Positions 1 through 10,186 of a stretch of DNA of 64,000 nt are shown piece after piece. The notes under the pieces are model-generated. The model was not told where the DNA came from, ran no database searches, and was given only the letters and a program-made list of their open reading frames with translations. How positions within the stretch are numbered: position 1 is the first letter of the stretch; each line of letters opens with the position of its first letter. The stretch comes from an uncultured virus (IMG/VR IMGVR_UViG_3300012665_001205) (Duplodnaviria; Heunggongvirae; Uroviricota; Caudoviricetes; Crassvirales): IMG/VR virus record IMGVR_UViG_3300012665_001205; one strand, written 5' to 3'. Position numbers and translations under genes: made by a program.

Positions 1-54
1 GCCATTACTTTTGACAAGCAGCTCCAATGTGTGTCTTCATTCCACCACCTGACT
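1..54 (-). tRNA. Possible degenerate class II (Leu/Ser-type) tRNA-like element, 5' half only, cut by the window edge
   Basis: Minus strand reads AGTCAGG-TG-GTG-GAATGAAGA-CAC, which fits an acceptor 5' strand plus D-arm. The D-loop GG is absent and the 3' half lies outside the window. Confidence 0.3.
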
Positions 55-107
55 AAATTTGCTACTGTTGGTAGGCACTAGCGACCAAATTAACGTCAAC
101 CTAAACA

Positions 108-266
108 TCAATCATCAAAATCAGAGATAATATCTCTCAATAACTTTATGGATTCCTTGCACTTTTTAACTGCCTCTTCTTTGTCTGCCTTAAGCATCAA
201 GTCGTATAGCTCATCAAGGCAAACACGGATCTCGTTTATACAGAATGAAACGTATGATTCTTTCAT
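108..266 (-). CDS. Hypothetical protein, 52 aa (not in ORF track)
   Basis: Read by hand: MKESYVSFCINEIRV...DFDD*. ATGA overlap with the stop of 263..484. Confidence 0.6.
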   Translation of the reverse strand: MKESYVSFCINEIRVCLDELYDLMLKADKEEAVKKCKESIKLLRDIISDFDD

Positions 267-484
267 AGTTCAATAGTTATGTTGTTTTCTTGAGCTATGC
301 TCCAGAAGTTTTTTCTACAAAGATCAAATACCTCATACTGCTCTGTAGTAAGATCATCGTACTTAATCTTACTTCTCATCCACTGATCAAATTCCCAAAC
401 AAAAGACTTGTAGTCTGAAGCCTTTACGGCTGTTTGAAAATCAACATGCTCCTCTGGGAGATTAAACTCTAGTATACCTTTCAT
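263..484 (-). CDS. Hypothetical phage protein
   Basis: ORF translationally coupled to both neighbours; MKGILEFNLPEE N-terminus. Confidence 0.7.
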   Translation of the reverse strand: MKGILEFNLPEEHVDFQTAVKASDYKSFVWEFDQWMRSKIKYDDLTTEQYEVFDLCRKNFWSIAQENNITIEL

Positions 485-723
485 TGTCCGTCATAAACTT
501 TAGCGTTGCAACCATGATCATTTAACTCTTTTAATCTAAACTCCTGTAGAACAGACGGCTTTTTACCTGGGACTTTAACCTCGTAAAACTCAACACCAGA
601 GTCTTTTGGTATAGCTATCACGTCTGGTATGCCGTTTTTATTGGTCTTAATTAGCTTAATTACGTAGTAACCCTCTGATTCTAGCTTTTTAATTAGCTTT
701 GACTGGATCGCCTGCTCTCTCAT
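481..723 (-). CDS. VRR-NUC family PD-(D/E)XK nuclease
   Basis: E..IQ..LI, GIPD, FYEVK, S.LQ motifs; next to the helicase. Start placed at MREQ. Confidence 0.85.
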   Translation of the reverse strand: MREQAIQSKLIKKLESEGYYVIKLIKTNKNGIPDVIAIPKDSGVEFYEVKVPGKKPSVLQEFRLKELNDHGCNAKVYDGQ

Positions 724-912
724 TATCAATTATTTGCCTAAATATAATTCATCTTAAGTAAATAAAAAACAAAGAGTAAATAATAAAAAGAAAGTTAATT
801 CCAGTTGATAGCACAATCAATACAGTGTGTCTTGTGTCTCTAATCTCAATCTCCTCAAAAATTCTGGACATGAAGTAGAAGAAATAGAGCTGACTAATTG
901 CGATAATGAAAA

Positions 913-2136
913 TCATAAGAAATCTTTTTTAAAGTGAGACAATGTATAATCTTTTTTCTTAGAAACAGCATCATAAATTCTTTTCTCAATTCCAACGTCA
1001 GAGAAGATCCAGTACACATTGCTCTGCAATCTATCGATGGTTGTCATCCTGTCTCTGCTCTGCCAGTAGCTTGTTGCTGAGAAGTCGATGTTGAAATATA
1101 CTAAAGCTTCCGCATTTCTCAAAGAGATGCCCTCACGTCCAGATACAATCTGTAATGCAATGTTCTTGTCAGTTGAATTGAACTCATCCAACTCAGTAGT
1201 CAAACCATCTTTATACACTGACTTGAGAAGATCCAGCTCAGACTTAAACTTATAGAAGATTCCAATCTTGGTATCTTTAAAGAATTCAAAGATGAAGTCA
1301 GCCTTTGAGAAATCAGTAATCAGGTGAGTCCCATCTTCCGTCTTTACAGACCCAGACGCAATCTGATGGATCTTAGTCATGAGTTTAACTGACGTGTCTC
1401 CAAGAACTACTTTGCCATTGCCAAAATCCAAAACAAGATCTCTCTTTAACTTCTTCACTATCATGTGTGTCTCATCAGACATCTTGCAGTTGAGAACAAC
1501 TTCTCTGGTGTCAACAACAAACCCAGCTTCCTTCTGTGTGTAGTTGATCATGTAAGGCTTCATCTTTTCCATAATCGTTGCCATGCCGTCAGAGTAATCG
1601 TTGACAGAGAACCCATTTATTATTCTTGAGGTAATCTTTACATGGTCTTTAGCAAACAGATAAAAGTTCTTGTATGCATAGAATGGATTACCCCTTATGC
1701 CATATACCTGATGATAAATCTGGGAGTAAGACTCTGGAGTAGGAGTACCGCTAAGAAGTATAACCTTTGAAGCCTTAGCCACAAGATCTCTGGCCAGCTT
1801 TGCCCTACCGCTTGGCTTAGGGAATGCTCCAAGACCATGAGCTTCGTCAAGTATAAGAATGTCGAACCAGTCGAACGACCTTTTGTGTGCACTTTCATAG
1901 TTAATTACTTCTATTGAATAGGTCGGTGAGTATGTCTCGTAGTCCTTCATCACTGATGATATCGCCTTCTTCTTCGTCAAAAATAAAACTCTCTGAGGGT
2001 TCATTTCCTGACAAATACCAAGGCTTGTTAGAGTCTTCCCAGTACGTACTTCCATCGCTAGGTAGACAAACTTCTCCGTAGATAAGACTTTTGTCGCCTT
2101 CTCTATTATTTCCTGTTGATAATCTCTGAATTTCAT
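913..2136 (-). CDS. SNF2-like superfamily 2 helicase
   Basis: Q motif FRDYQ, Walker A-like RTGKT, DEAH, LSGTP, GISL, QSRDR. Confidence 0.9.
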   Translation of the reverse strand: MKFRDYQQEIIEKATKVLSTEKFVYLAMEVRTGKTLTSLGICQEMNPQRVLFLTKKKAISSVMKDYETYSPTYSIEVINYESAHKRSFDWFDILILDEAHGLGAFPKPSGRAKLARDLVAKASKVILLSGTPTPESYSQIYHQVYGIRGNPFYAYKNFYLFAKDHVKITSRIINGFSVNDYSDGMATIMEKMKPYMINYTQKEAGFVVDTREVVLNCKMSDETHMIVKKLKRDLVLDFGNGKVVLGDTSVKLMTKIHQIASGSVKTEDGTHLITDFSKADFIFEFFKDTKIGIFYKFKSELDLLKSVYKDGLTTELDEFNSTDKNIALQIVSGREGISLRNAEALVYFNIDFSATSYWQSRDRMTTIDRLQSNVYWIFSDVGIEKRIYDAVSKKKDYTLSHFKKDFL

Positions 2137-2353
2137 TTTTTATTTTATTTAGTCTTTCACAAGAATCGTACTCTTCAATAGACTCAAATATACTAATGAA
2201 CCTGTCCAGATCCTCTATTGAAGGATCTGAATCAGGGTCATGTGCAAATGGGATTACATCGCTTATCCTTGATAACATTATGTCGGTAAACGTCATTATT
2301 CTGGTTATTACCTTGTAGGAGTTCCAGAGTGCTTGTAGCTCAAATTCTGTCAT
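1901..2353 (-). CDS. Hypothetical protein (3' end overlaps the helicase by about 236 nt)
   Basis: ATGA-coupled to the primase stop; UVR-like FESIEEYDSCERL segment; the overlapping tail is uncertain. Confidence 0.5.
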   Translation of the reverse strand: MTEFELQALWNSYKVITRIMTFTDIMLSRISDVIPFAHDPDSDPSIEDLDRFISIFESIEEYDSCERLNKIKNEIQRLSTGNNREGDKSLIYGEVCLPSDGSTYWEDSNKPWYLSGNEPSESFIFDEEEGDIISDEGLRDILTDLFNRSN

Positions 2354-4764
2354 AGGTCTAAAGTTTCAGGCTGGTAAATTACAGACTTTTTCTTTATTCT
2401 AAACCACCTGCCCCTAGCGTCTCTTCCTTCCTCTGGAGTAACGCCCTCCTTAAATAAAGCGTAACCCAACAGCCATCTATTGAACTCAGTCTTAGATATA
2501 GCCCTCTTAGAGCGTGGAGCAAAGTCAGAATAGTCATTAACAAAGTCGTCAAACAGATCAGCCTTGTACACCTTCTCCATGTTCATAAACCTTGAGAAAA
2601 TATTGGACGGCTTGTTTTCACCGATAAGTCCGCAGTACTCAACAAACTCATGGCAGGTCTCCGCAGATAGCTGACGAATCTTAAGGTTTACAAACTTACT
2701 TCTTATTATTCCATTGACCATGTAAAATTGCAAACACTTAATCATGAACATGTCGAACTGACACCACTCATCCTCGTCCCAGTCAGAGAAGAACATCCTA
2801 CCAAATTCATGGAAAGGAGTGAAGTCCTCCCTGTAGTGATTATGAAACTCCTGCTCCAACTTCCTTCTTGAGAATGAGTTACCCTTACCCTTGATGGCAT
2901 AGTTAGTTGTGATGATAATCTTTGGAGAGTTCTCGTATGGAATCTTTATGGCGTCCTTGTTCTTCTTCTCAAGAGTTATACCTTCAGTAATGTCAGAGAA
3001 TAGAGACTCAAAGTCAAATCCTTTCTTGACGTCATCAAAGCATAGTACCTGAGTGTCTGCCGATACCAGTTGGTACGGGAACGACTGAGTAAAGCTGAAC
3101 TGCTTACCATTGATTGTTACAACCTTCTTCATCTTCGATATAGCCTTAACAAATAAACCTTTACCAGTACCACCCTCTGGGTTGTCGGATATGAGTTCGT
3201 CATTAAGGATTACAGCCATAGACTTAGACAAGTCCTTGTACTGGTGTAGTAGGTATCCAGTGGTTGACCTAAGAGACTTGAATCTATCATCATCTCTTGC
3301 ACAGATGTTGAACATAAACTTCTCGAAGTCACAGGTAATGTAGTCGCAATCAAGATACATTCTATCAATTACGTGGTCTTTCCATACATATCCAGCTAAG
3401 TCAATGTAGTCTATACTTTCTATAGCCTCCTTTGTTATTTTAACAGCACAGTTCTTAAAGTAGATGTAAGCCTCGTCCGATGTATCCTTGATGAATAAAA
3501 CATCAACTGGAGAAAGCAGTGTAAGAAAGTCCTCACTGAAGAACTTGGTTCTCTCTGCAAAGAAGTTGTAGATAGATATGTTACTATTCAGAAGGTAGTC
3601 AAGAACAAAATCCTTAATCTCATCTTCTGAGCTGTTGCTAATTAGATTGTTGACAACCCTTACAAATATGTGTTGAGAAGAACCAGATGGGTAGTACTTA
3701 AAGAAACCATTGTCCTCCAAGAACTTCTTGTATAGAACTGGTACAATCTTTACCGAACCATTCTTAGGGTTCTCACTCCAGAATAGTTTTGGCTTATCTT
3801 CCTCCTCAATTTTAGAAATAACATTCTCAGCATCACCCCCACTCAGACCGAAGGACTTTATCTGGTGGAGGATCTCATTTTTTGAGTCGCCTCTCTTTAT
3901 GCTCTCACGAATAACATCTACACGCTCTCGATCCTCATAAAACTTAGTTCTAAATTTATCTTTGTTCTTGTCGTAAGCGTTGTCTATGGTCTGGAATATC
4001 TCTCTAGCAGTAAAACCTTCTTCAGCGTAAGAACTAAGAACGGTAGATGCGTAAGACTTGGCTACACCAAACTCATTGAAAGCCATAGCAAGTGTAAAAA
4101 CTGAATTGTTCCTTTGACCTTCTGTCATAGGAAAGTTTTTAGACCACCACTTGACAAGGATGTCAGCAATCTTATTCTCATCGTCAATTGGTATAGTAGG
4201 AACTCCTTGACGGACTTCAGTGTAGTCATCCTCTAACAAATCTTCCCATACCACTGAGTTCTCGTTAACGTATATGCTTGGGTCGTATGACTCGTAACAA
4301 ACCCTGCTTACGTTCTTGGATGTTGTGTCGAAGTGACTATTCTTAAAGTACTTTCCTAGAGCATTGAAGTAACTCTTGTGCTTTGACGCATCGGGGGGTA
4401 TCTTAACAAGAACCTTTAGTCCATTACCAGATGGTGAGACAAATACAGAGAAAACGTACTTAGACTTAGAGAATACATCTATGTCTTCATACATATCTGT
4501 CCTCTTATACTTGTCAAAATCTAAACATATTAGACCACTATGTTCTATAAGTGATTCGTCATTTCTCTTATGAAACTTGCCAGAGAAACAAATGGCAGGG
4601 AGCTTTAACTTTAACTCGTACTGCTCCTGTTGAGTATCGCAGTCCCTTATCTCTTTGATAAGGTTCTTCGAAGATCCAGACCTTATCCTTTCTAGTACAT
4701 ACATGATGTCCCTGTAGAAAGGTTGGTCAGTATTTTTCACGTGTGAAAAAACTGTAACTTGCAT
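2350..4764 (-). CDS. Primase-helicase (BT4734/VirE-N-like primase domain, PriCT-like domain, P-loop NTPase)
   Basis: K..LPAICFSG, GLICLDFD, SPSGNGLK, SYDP; GQRNN; Walker A GGTGKG, Walker B FDDV, ITTN. Confidence 0.88.
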   Translation of the reverse strand: MQVTVFSHVKNTDQPFYRDIMYVLERIRSGSSKNLIKEIRDCDTQQEQYELKLKLPAICFSGKFHKRNDESLIEHSGLICLDFDKYKRTDMYEDIDVFSKSKYVFSVFVSPSGNGLKVLVKIPPDASKHKSYFNALGKYFKNSHFDTTSKNVSRVCYESYDPSIYVNENSVVWEDLLEDDYTEVRQGVPTIPIDDENKIADILVKWWSKNFPMTEGQRNNSVFTLAMAFNEFGVAKSYASTVLSSYAEEGFTAREIFQTIDNAYDKNKDKFRTKFYEDRERVDVIRESIKRGDSKNEILHQIKSFGLSGGDAENVISKIEEEDKPKLFWSENPKNGSVKIVPVLYKKFLEDNGFFKYYPSGSSQHIFVRVVNNLISNSSEDEIKDFVLDYLLNSNISIYNFFAERTKFFSEDFLTLLSPVDVLFIKDTSDEAYIYFKNCAVKITKEAIESIDYIDLAGYVWKDHVIDRMYLDCDYITCDFEKFMFNICARDDDRFKSLRSTTGYLLHQYKDLSKSMAVILNDELISDNPEGGTGKGLFVKAISKMKKVVTINGKQFSFTQSFPYQLVSADTQVLCFDDVKKGFDFESLFSDITEGITLEKKNKDAIKIPYENSPKIIITTNYAIKGKGNSFSRRKLEQEFHNHYREDFTPFHEFGRMFFSDWDEDEWCQFDMFMIKCLQFYMVNGIIRSKFVNLKIRQLSAETCHEFVEYCGLIGENKPSNIFSRFMNMEKVYKADLFDDFVNDYSDFAPRSKRAISKTEFNRWLLGYALFKEGVTPEEGRDARGRWFRIKKKSVIYQPETLDL

Positions 4765-5030
4765 GACGATTTTTTTTGATGTAACTAACTGATTTTTAGG
4801 GCGATGACAGAAATGCTCATTTTTTTTCTCTCATATATAAATAAAAAATAAAGAGAATCAATAAAATAAAATTGAAAGTAATTGGGAGGGTCATTTTCGA
4901 CATTTTCGACACTAACCCTCCCTTTTATTTACCTAACTGCCTGTAAATGATAGTGATAAGATTTTACAAGGCATTTACAAATCGACACTAATATGTGTCA
5001 ATTACGTGATTTAAAACACAATTATCCTAC
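4765..5030. promoter_or_regulatory. Putative replication origin upstream of the primase
   Basis: AT-rich core 4820-4880 flanked by ATGACAGAAATG and the tandem CATTTTCGA repeat; IHF-consensus 13-mer at 4782-4794; GGGAGGG/CCCTCCC inverted repeat. Confidence 0.5.
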
Positions 5031-5255
5031 TTAGAATGGAACTGAATCCTTCGGTTTGTAGTCGTTGTGGTCTAAATAGTACCTGCCATCCTTGGCTTTC
5101 TTAAGGTCTAGGTTAACCCATCCCTTAGCATTCTTGTTCTCATCGAGCCATTTCTTGAATGACTCAACCTCTAATGACACGGATGTCAATACCCATTCAG
5201 GGCTCTTCTCATTTTTCTTAACGATAAGTCCGTTAATCTTCTTGTTTTCGCTCAT
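5031..5255 (-). CDS. Small putative ssDNA-binding protein
   Basis: Sits after Erf and the exonuclease; C-terminal DSVPF resembles an SSB tail. Confidence 0.55.
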   Translation of the reverse strand: MSENKKINGLIVKKNEKSPEWVLTSVSLEVESFKKWLDENKNAKGWVNLDLKKAKDGRYYLDHNDYKPKDSVPF

Positions 5256-5986
5256 AGCATTTGGTTTAAGTAAAATTTATTAGGGTCTGCAACTTTATTC
5301 TTGCCAAAGAATAACTCATAGTTATCTGAGGCTGACTTAACTTTATGGTATCCTCTCTCCAGAAAAGCATCTGAACAGGTGAAGACCGCTAAGTTAAATG
5401 TTTCCTTTTCAACTACAAAAAACTTTAATCTTTTACCGAAAATTTCTTGGTAGATGTAAGCTTGGCTATCATAGTTGTACTTGTTGGCCGACCACTTAAA
5501 GTCCTTGATGGAACTGGTGGTCTTTAGATCGATGACAAAGTTCTCTGACACAACATCAGCCTTGCCCTTCCATGGTAGGTCGAACAAAGTAGTTGTACCT
5601 GCCTCCTCGTACCTGTTACCGAACTCGTATACTTCTGAGTAGAAGTCTTGGTTAGACCTCATGGACTCAACCATTGACTTCACTTGCTCAACCTCTGAGG
5701 TCAATAGGGCTACCTCTAGTCCATTTTCTTCGATGTACTCCTTGTACACCTTGGTTGTCCTAGTGGAGGCGTCTACGGCCTTGGAAATGATGTCTCCTGC
5801 CTTGTCTGGCTCAATCATTAGGTAGTGGAACAAAGACCCTGCCAACATATCCTTGGTGGTCTCCTTTTGCTCCTTAAAAGCTTTGGGGTTGTACAACAAC
5901 GCCTCAATGTCTGAGTTGGAGAGGTATGCCCTCCCCAATTCACCATAGTAGTTCTCAGACTTCTGTAACTCAAGATTTAAGTTCAT
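5252..5986 (-). CDS. RecE/exonuclease VIII-like PD-(D/E)XK nuclease (DUF3799-like)
   Basis: LSNSDI, GSLFH, KGKAD, IDLKTT, YDSQAYIY motifs. Confidence 0.85.
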   Translation of the reverse strand: MNLNLELQKSENYYGELGRAYLSNSDIEALLYNPKAFKEQKETTKDMLAGSLFHYLMIEPDKAGDIISKAVDASTRTTKVYKEYIEENGLEVALLTSEVEQVKSMVESMRSNQDFYSEVYEFGNRYEEAGTTTLFDLPWKGKADVVSENFVIDLKTTSSIKDFKWSANKYNYDSQAYIYQEIFGKRLKFFVVEKETFNLAVFTCSDAFLERGYHKVKSASDNYELFFGKNKVADPNKFYLNQML

Positions 5987-6563
5987 TCTCTATTCTGGTT
6001 TTTGTTTGAATACTAACTGAATACTTTGTTCCTATCCTCTTAAGGATCTCCGTAAGTCCTAACGACTTGTTCTCTGCTATCCACTTGGCAGTCTCCAACC
6101 ACTTGTCTTCTGGTAGGTCTGGAAGTGTTACCACCTTAGCAGGCTTAGGTGCTACATACTCTGGCTTTGCACTAACCTTTGGTGAGTGGTCATTGGTAGA
6201 GTCTGGGTCTTTGGTGTCATCAATTAAGAATAGACCATTCAACGCATACTTCCTAGCATAACTACTGGATGCTCCGAAACACTGAGCGATATCCATACCC
6301 TTTCTGTTAGGGTCAATACCTGCCTGTGCAGTAACCTGCCTACCTTCATTATCATTTTGAATAGATGCGGTAGATTCGATAAATGGAATCCCAGCAATCT
6401 CTTTCACCTCGTCACGAATAGTCAAGGTGCAACCATACTTGAGTAGCAAAGGCTTTACTGCCTCAAGGATATCCTCGCAAGATCGATAGTTGTACTTACC
6501 GAATGAATTGAACTGGCTCTTTGGAGCTTTTAGTTCTGATTGGATTTGAATTAACTCTTTCAT
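5970..6563 (-). CDS. erf: Erf-family single-strand annealing protein
   Basis: IQSELKAPKSQFNSFGKYNYRSCEDILEAVKP and GASSSYARKYALNGLF signatures. Confidence 0.92.
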   Translation of the reverse strand: MKELIQIQSELKAPKSQFNSFGKYNYRSCEDILEAVKPLLLKYGCTLTIRDEVKEIAGIPFIESTASIQNDNEGRQVTAQAGIDPNRKGMDIAQCFGASSSYARKYALNGLFLIDDTKDPDSTNDHSPKVSAKPEYVAPKPAKVVTLPDLPEDKWLETAKWIAENKSLGLTEILKRIGTKYSVSIQTKTRIENELKS

Positions 6564-6901
6564 TTTTTTCCGTATTTAAAGTATCTTAAAACAAGTTCTT
6601 TTTTATTCTGATATCTGTACCACATTTTCTTAGGTCTCCTTGGATCTTCTTCCTCCCTTTCAAGCATTAATTTGTACTCTTGAATGACCTCATCGTATTC
6701 GTAAAGGCCAGACATAAAAGATAAGTTCTTTGCATATTCCTCACCAAACTTCTCTGTGATTAAGCCATAGTACATAGCTATGGCTACATCCATGGAGTCC
6801 TCATATTCTGGTGATGTTTTCAATGATTTTCCAGCCTGAACGCAAAAGTTGGCTTTAATCGCTTTCTGTAGGGTTGTTACCCAAATCTGTTCTCTTGTCA
6901 T
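6560..6901 (-). CDS. Hypothetical protein
   Basis: ORF coupled to erf. Confidence 0.65.
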   Translation of the reverse strand: MTREQIWVTTLQKAIKANFCVQAGKSLKTSPEYEDSMDVAIAMYYGLITEKFGEEYAKNLSFMSGLYEYDEVIQEYKLMLEREEEDPRRPKKMWYRYQNKKELVLRYFKYGKK

Positions 6902-7136
6902 AAATTAAATTTTCTTTTGATGGATACAGGTCATAGTCAACCCTCTCCTTGTGTAAAATGATTTCGATTTCTGTTTTTTTTGTAGGCACAACCAGAAGGT
7001 TTACCTGTTTTTGGATAGTTTTTTTGTTTAAAAACAAGCCAAAGCCATGGTCTTGCCAAGGCAGTGGACTACCAGATGAATCAAAGAACCTTCTCTTTAT
7101 TGAGTAATCAGGCTTTGACTTCTCTTGCTTCTTCAT
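6855..7136 (-). CDS. Hypothetical protein
   Basis: ORF in a tightly packed minus-strand operon. Confidence 0.6.
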   Translation of the reverse strand: MKKQEKSKPDYSIKRRFFDSSGSPLPWQDHGFGLFLNKKTIQKQVNLLVVPTKKTEIEIILHKERVDYDLYPSKENLIYDKRTDLGNNPTESD

Positions 7137-7397
7137 CTCAAAGGCTTTCTTGACTCTGAGAAAATTTTATAAAATGTTTCATTAAAAGAGTAGTCCCCTT
7201 TAATAGTGGACATAACACCCTTTGGTGCTAGGTCAAGCGGTCTTTTGATTTGATTTTTCATTCTAATATCCATTTTAAAGTTTCGATTTGTATTTGCTCT
7301 GGGTACTTAGTCCATGTAGGCTCGTAACCAATTTTCTTGTACTGAGAAATTTTATTCTCTAACTCACAAATTCTGACTAGTATATCTATCTCTGTCT

Positions 7398-7589
7398 TCA
7401 TCTGAAATTTTCTTTTGCTTTTCGTAACGCTTCGATTTCATTCTCGGCAGAACAGCTGTCGTACGCCCATCCATCGGTAAACCAATAAATCCAATCACCA
7501 GAGTTAGATTCAAAAACACCAATGGAACTTTGAGGAATATCTAAACTATAGAAGATCCGCCTTGCTTGGTCTCCGATGTATACATTCAT
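7398..7589 (-). CDS. Hypothetical early protein
   Basis: ATGA-coupled ORF. Confidence 0.65.
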   Translation of the reverse strand: MNVYIGDQARRIFYSLDIPQSSIGVFESNSGDWIYWFTDGWAYDSCSAENEIEALRKAKENFR

Positions 7590-7801
7590 AGTTCGTATGC
7601 CTGTTGAACCACCTTGTCTAACTTGGCAATCAATTCATTATCTGGCTTATCCAAGTAAAGTGTATCTGTACCATGGCAGTCAGAAGTTCTGTAGATGTGA
7701 ACTCCCATGACGTGTGGGCTAAAACTATAATGATGACCTAATTCAAGTGCTAGGTCAAGAAGTGTTTGTGCGATTGATTTTTGTAGTCTGTTCATTTGCA
7801 T
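7586..7801 (-). CDS. Hypothetical early protein
   Basis: Coupled ORF. Confidence 0.6.
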   Translation of the reverse strand: MQMNRLQKSIAQTLLDLALELGHHYSFSPHVMGVHIYRTSDCHGTDTLYLDKPDNELIAKLDKVVQQAYEL

Positions 7802-8007
7802 ATTTTTGATAAAGATTTTTCTGAAATGTTGTGCTTCTGTATTATCTCATTGACTCTGTCAATGTATATGGAGTAAAACTTCTGGTTTCCAATGTTTGAC
7901 TTGTTATCCTTGGTTCTCTCCCTTTCTTCCTTTCTGAACTTCAAAAATTCAGATGTGGCCTGCTCAACCCTTGAGCAATACTCACTTAGACTCTCTTTCA
8001 CTATCAT
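7792..8007 (-). CDS. Hypothetical early protein
   Basis: Coupled ORF. Confidence 0.6.
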   Translation of the reverse strand: MIVKESLSEYCSRVEQATSEFLKFRKEERERTKDNKSNIGNQKFYSIYIDRVNEIIQKHNISEKSLSKICK

Positions 8008-8280
8008 TCGAATAGATTTTTAATTTTAAAATACATCGTTCTATTATCACCGCAATTTCTTGAAAGTTCTTGGTAATACCTAATTTCTGCCAACAAAATG
8101 AATGAGGCAGACAACAAAATTATAAATGCAATAATCTTTTTCATTTTATCATCATGCTTATTACTTCTGGGCGAACAAAACTTTCCATGTGCACCTTGAC
8201 CGCCATATCATTTGCTTTCTTTTCAGATGTGTAGGCGTCCCCAATCGGACGCCCATTCAACATCAATATGTGTACATACC

Positions 8281-8541
8281 TCATGATATCTTCTCTTGTA
8301 CAAATTCAATTACAGCATCAAGCCAGTCACCATCCCATACCCTACCATCATGAATCTTCTCAAACTCATTTGTTAGTTCAAAGCATAGGTCATAGATACC
8401 ACCAGTACCTTCCGTGGATAATATTTCGTCCAACAACCTTGGCATCTGTCCAAAAATATTTACATCCCTATCTATCTGGTAGTTGATTATCGTTACTATC
8501 TCGTGGTGGGTCTCTGCCCAACCTCTAAATCCGTCATTCAT
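8281..8541 (-). CDS. Hypothetical acidic early protein
   Basis: Coupled ORF; WAETHHEIV motif. Confidence 0.7.
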   Translation of the reverse strand: MNDGFRGWAETHHEIVTIINYQIDRDVNIFGQMPRLLDEILSTEGTGGIYDLCFELTNEFEKIHDGRVWDGDWLDAVIEFVQEKIS

Positions 8542-9134
8542 AGTTTTACCTCCTTACTTTTCTTGCAGTCATAAATAGATTTCTGGTAGTTACTAAAGGC
8601 AACAACTCTTGCGTATGTCCTATCCTCAATGTTATGGCATAGTTTAATTATTAACTCACCTTTTCTTACAGAAACTAACACATAGTCAAATTTTGATGCC
8701 TTCCAGTACAACTGCTTCAGCAGTTCGCTTGAGTTTTCCCAAGTGTCGAATAAAAACTTATGGGTGTGTGTTATCACCAGAGGAGCAACCCTTGGTATAA
8801 GGTATCCCTTGTCAAACTTTATCTCGTTGGAATCCCAGTCTAACACCAAGTCATCACGACCATCCAATATAGACTGGCGGATCTTCTCTACCAAGTTCTT
8901 AATCTGCGTAGCAATCTGCGATACCGATGTGGTCTGGTATGGCTGATTGAAGTCACGCTTGTTGGTGTCAATAACCCTGTCCTTCTCCACTTGTAGTTTG
9001 GTAAGGATAGAGAACACCAAGTTAGCCTCTGCTTGTGTTACATTGTCCGCAAAAAAAGTTGCGTCAGTTACTGATTCAATTGCGTGTTCCAAGTCCACGC
9101 TGTCTGGTACATTTACTTCAATTTTAATTTTCAT
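8538..9134 (-). CDS. Hypothetical early protein
   Basis: Start moved to MKIKIEV, which forms an ATGA overlap with 9131..9343. Confidence 0.65.
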   Translation of the reverse strand: MKIKIEVNVPDSVDLEHAIESVTDATFFADNVTQAEANLVFSILTKLQVEKDRVIDTNKRDFNQPYQTTSVSQIATQIKNLVEKIRQSILDGRDDLVLDWDSNEIKFDKGYLIPRVAPLVITHTHKFLFDTWENSSELLKQLYWKASKFDYVLVSVRKGELIIKLCHNIEDRTYARVVAFSNYQKSIYDCKKSKEVKL

Positions 9135-9343
9135 TTTCTTTCTAAGTTTAAGTCTTGTGCTATTAAATAAATTGATTCCGAAATCTGCTCCATAGTCCAC
9201 GCATTTGTTAACGCCATCTCAAGTACTTTGTAGGCATCCGTGTCGCTACATTCCCAAGATGAAGTTACATCATCTATGTGCCATAGGTTGCCAGTAAAGA
9301 ACCCTTGCTCTGCCAAGAATTCTCTTGCTTCATCAATTGTCAT
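9131..9343 (-). CDS. Hypothetical early protein
   Basis: Coupled ORF; NLWHIDDV motif. Confidence 0.7.
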   Translation of the reverse strand: MTIDEAREFLAEQGFFTGNLWHIDDVTSSWECSDTDAYKVLEMALTNAWTMEQISESIYLIAQDLNLERK

Positions 9344-9564
9344 ATCGTAATTAGTATAGGGTTGTTTTGATAGTAAATTTCATTCTTTGGGTAGGCATCT
9401 ACCAGTGCTTCAAATAGTATATCGTTGTCGTAATACTCACCATCCTCTCGCTCACTTAGAACGATTGGTTCAATCACCTTCTTAATTTGACTCTCAGTCA
9501 AGTCTGTGAAGATTATGAGGTTCTCTTCCTCCCATGCCGTTGTGTTAATCTCGTATGTTTTCAT
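9340..9564 (-). CDS. Hypothetical early protein
   Basis: Start moved to MKTYEINTT (ATGA overlap). Confidence 0.65.
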   Translation of the reverse strand: MKTYEINTTAWEEENLIIFTDLTESQIKKVIEPIVLSEREDGEYYDNDILFEALVDAYPKNEIYYQNNPILITI

Positions 9565-9743
9565 TTTTCTGAATTTAATAACTCTGGATTCATTTGTCTT
9601 GTGAAACATTCTATGTCCAAATCATCTGCCCAATCTTGCAAAATGAACCGAAGTATTGCTTCGTCAGACATCGTGGCTGACACCTCGTTAAATGCTTTAA
9701 TTACCTCTGGGTCATGCCCATTTCTTGTGTCTAATTGAATCAT
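9561..9743 (-). CDS. Hypothetical early protein
   Basis: Coupled ORF. Confidence 0.6.
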   Translation of the reverse strand: MIQLDTRNGHDPEVIKAFNEVSATMSDEAILRFILQDWADDLDIECFTRQMNPELLNSEK

Positions 9744-9745
9744 GA

Positions 9746-9946
9746 TTATTTTGTTTTTAGGTCTTCATTATATACCCACACGCCAGTAGTTAGGGCGTGA
9801 GCGATTTCTTCTGCGTACATATACTCGTAAATCTTATTGCCTACCTTGACATGGTAAGTCTTTCGACCTTCCACATCACCTGCTTTCTCAATTACAACCT
9901 TGTCATTGCATCCCCATAGCAATAGGGAAATTAGTAGTGCCTTCAT
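9746..9946 (-). CDS. Putative small lipoprotein
   Basis: MKALLISLLLWG-C: basic N-terminus, hydrophobic core, lipobox-like Cys. Confidence 0.6.
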   Translation of the reverse strand: MKALLISLLLWGCNDKVVIEKAGDVEGRKTYHVKVGNKIYEYMYAEEIAHALTTGVWVYNEDLKTK

Positions 9947-9949
9947 GTC

Positions 9950-10186
9950 TCAACAAGTCATTAGGTGTCCCATTCTATCCCACTCCCTACTCTCTGTAGG
10001 AGTTGCCTTGTGCAGCGTGTCGTAGTTCACCACACCGCTAGGAAATTGTCTCTTGAGTTCTGACTTGAACTCCACCAAATCCTTCGCCCAGATGTCATTC
10101 CATCCACCACCTACCCAGTTGAATAGGTATCTGTACTGCCCTCTTGAATTTTTCAGGAGGGATTCTTTTTTGATTGACTTTCTCAT
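9950..10186 (-). CDS. Hypothetical early protein
   Basis: YLFNW.GGGWNDIWA motif. Confidence 0.7.
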   Translation of the reverse strand: MRKSIKKESLLKNSRGQYRYLFNWVGGGWNDIWAKDLVEFKSELKRQFPSGVVNYDTLHKATPTESREWDRMGHLMTC

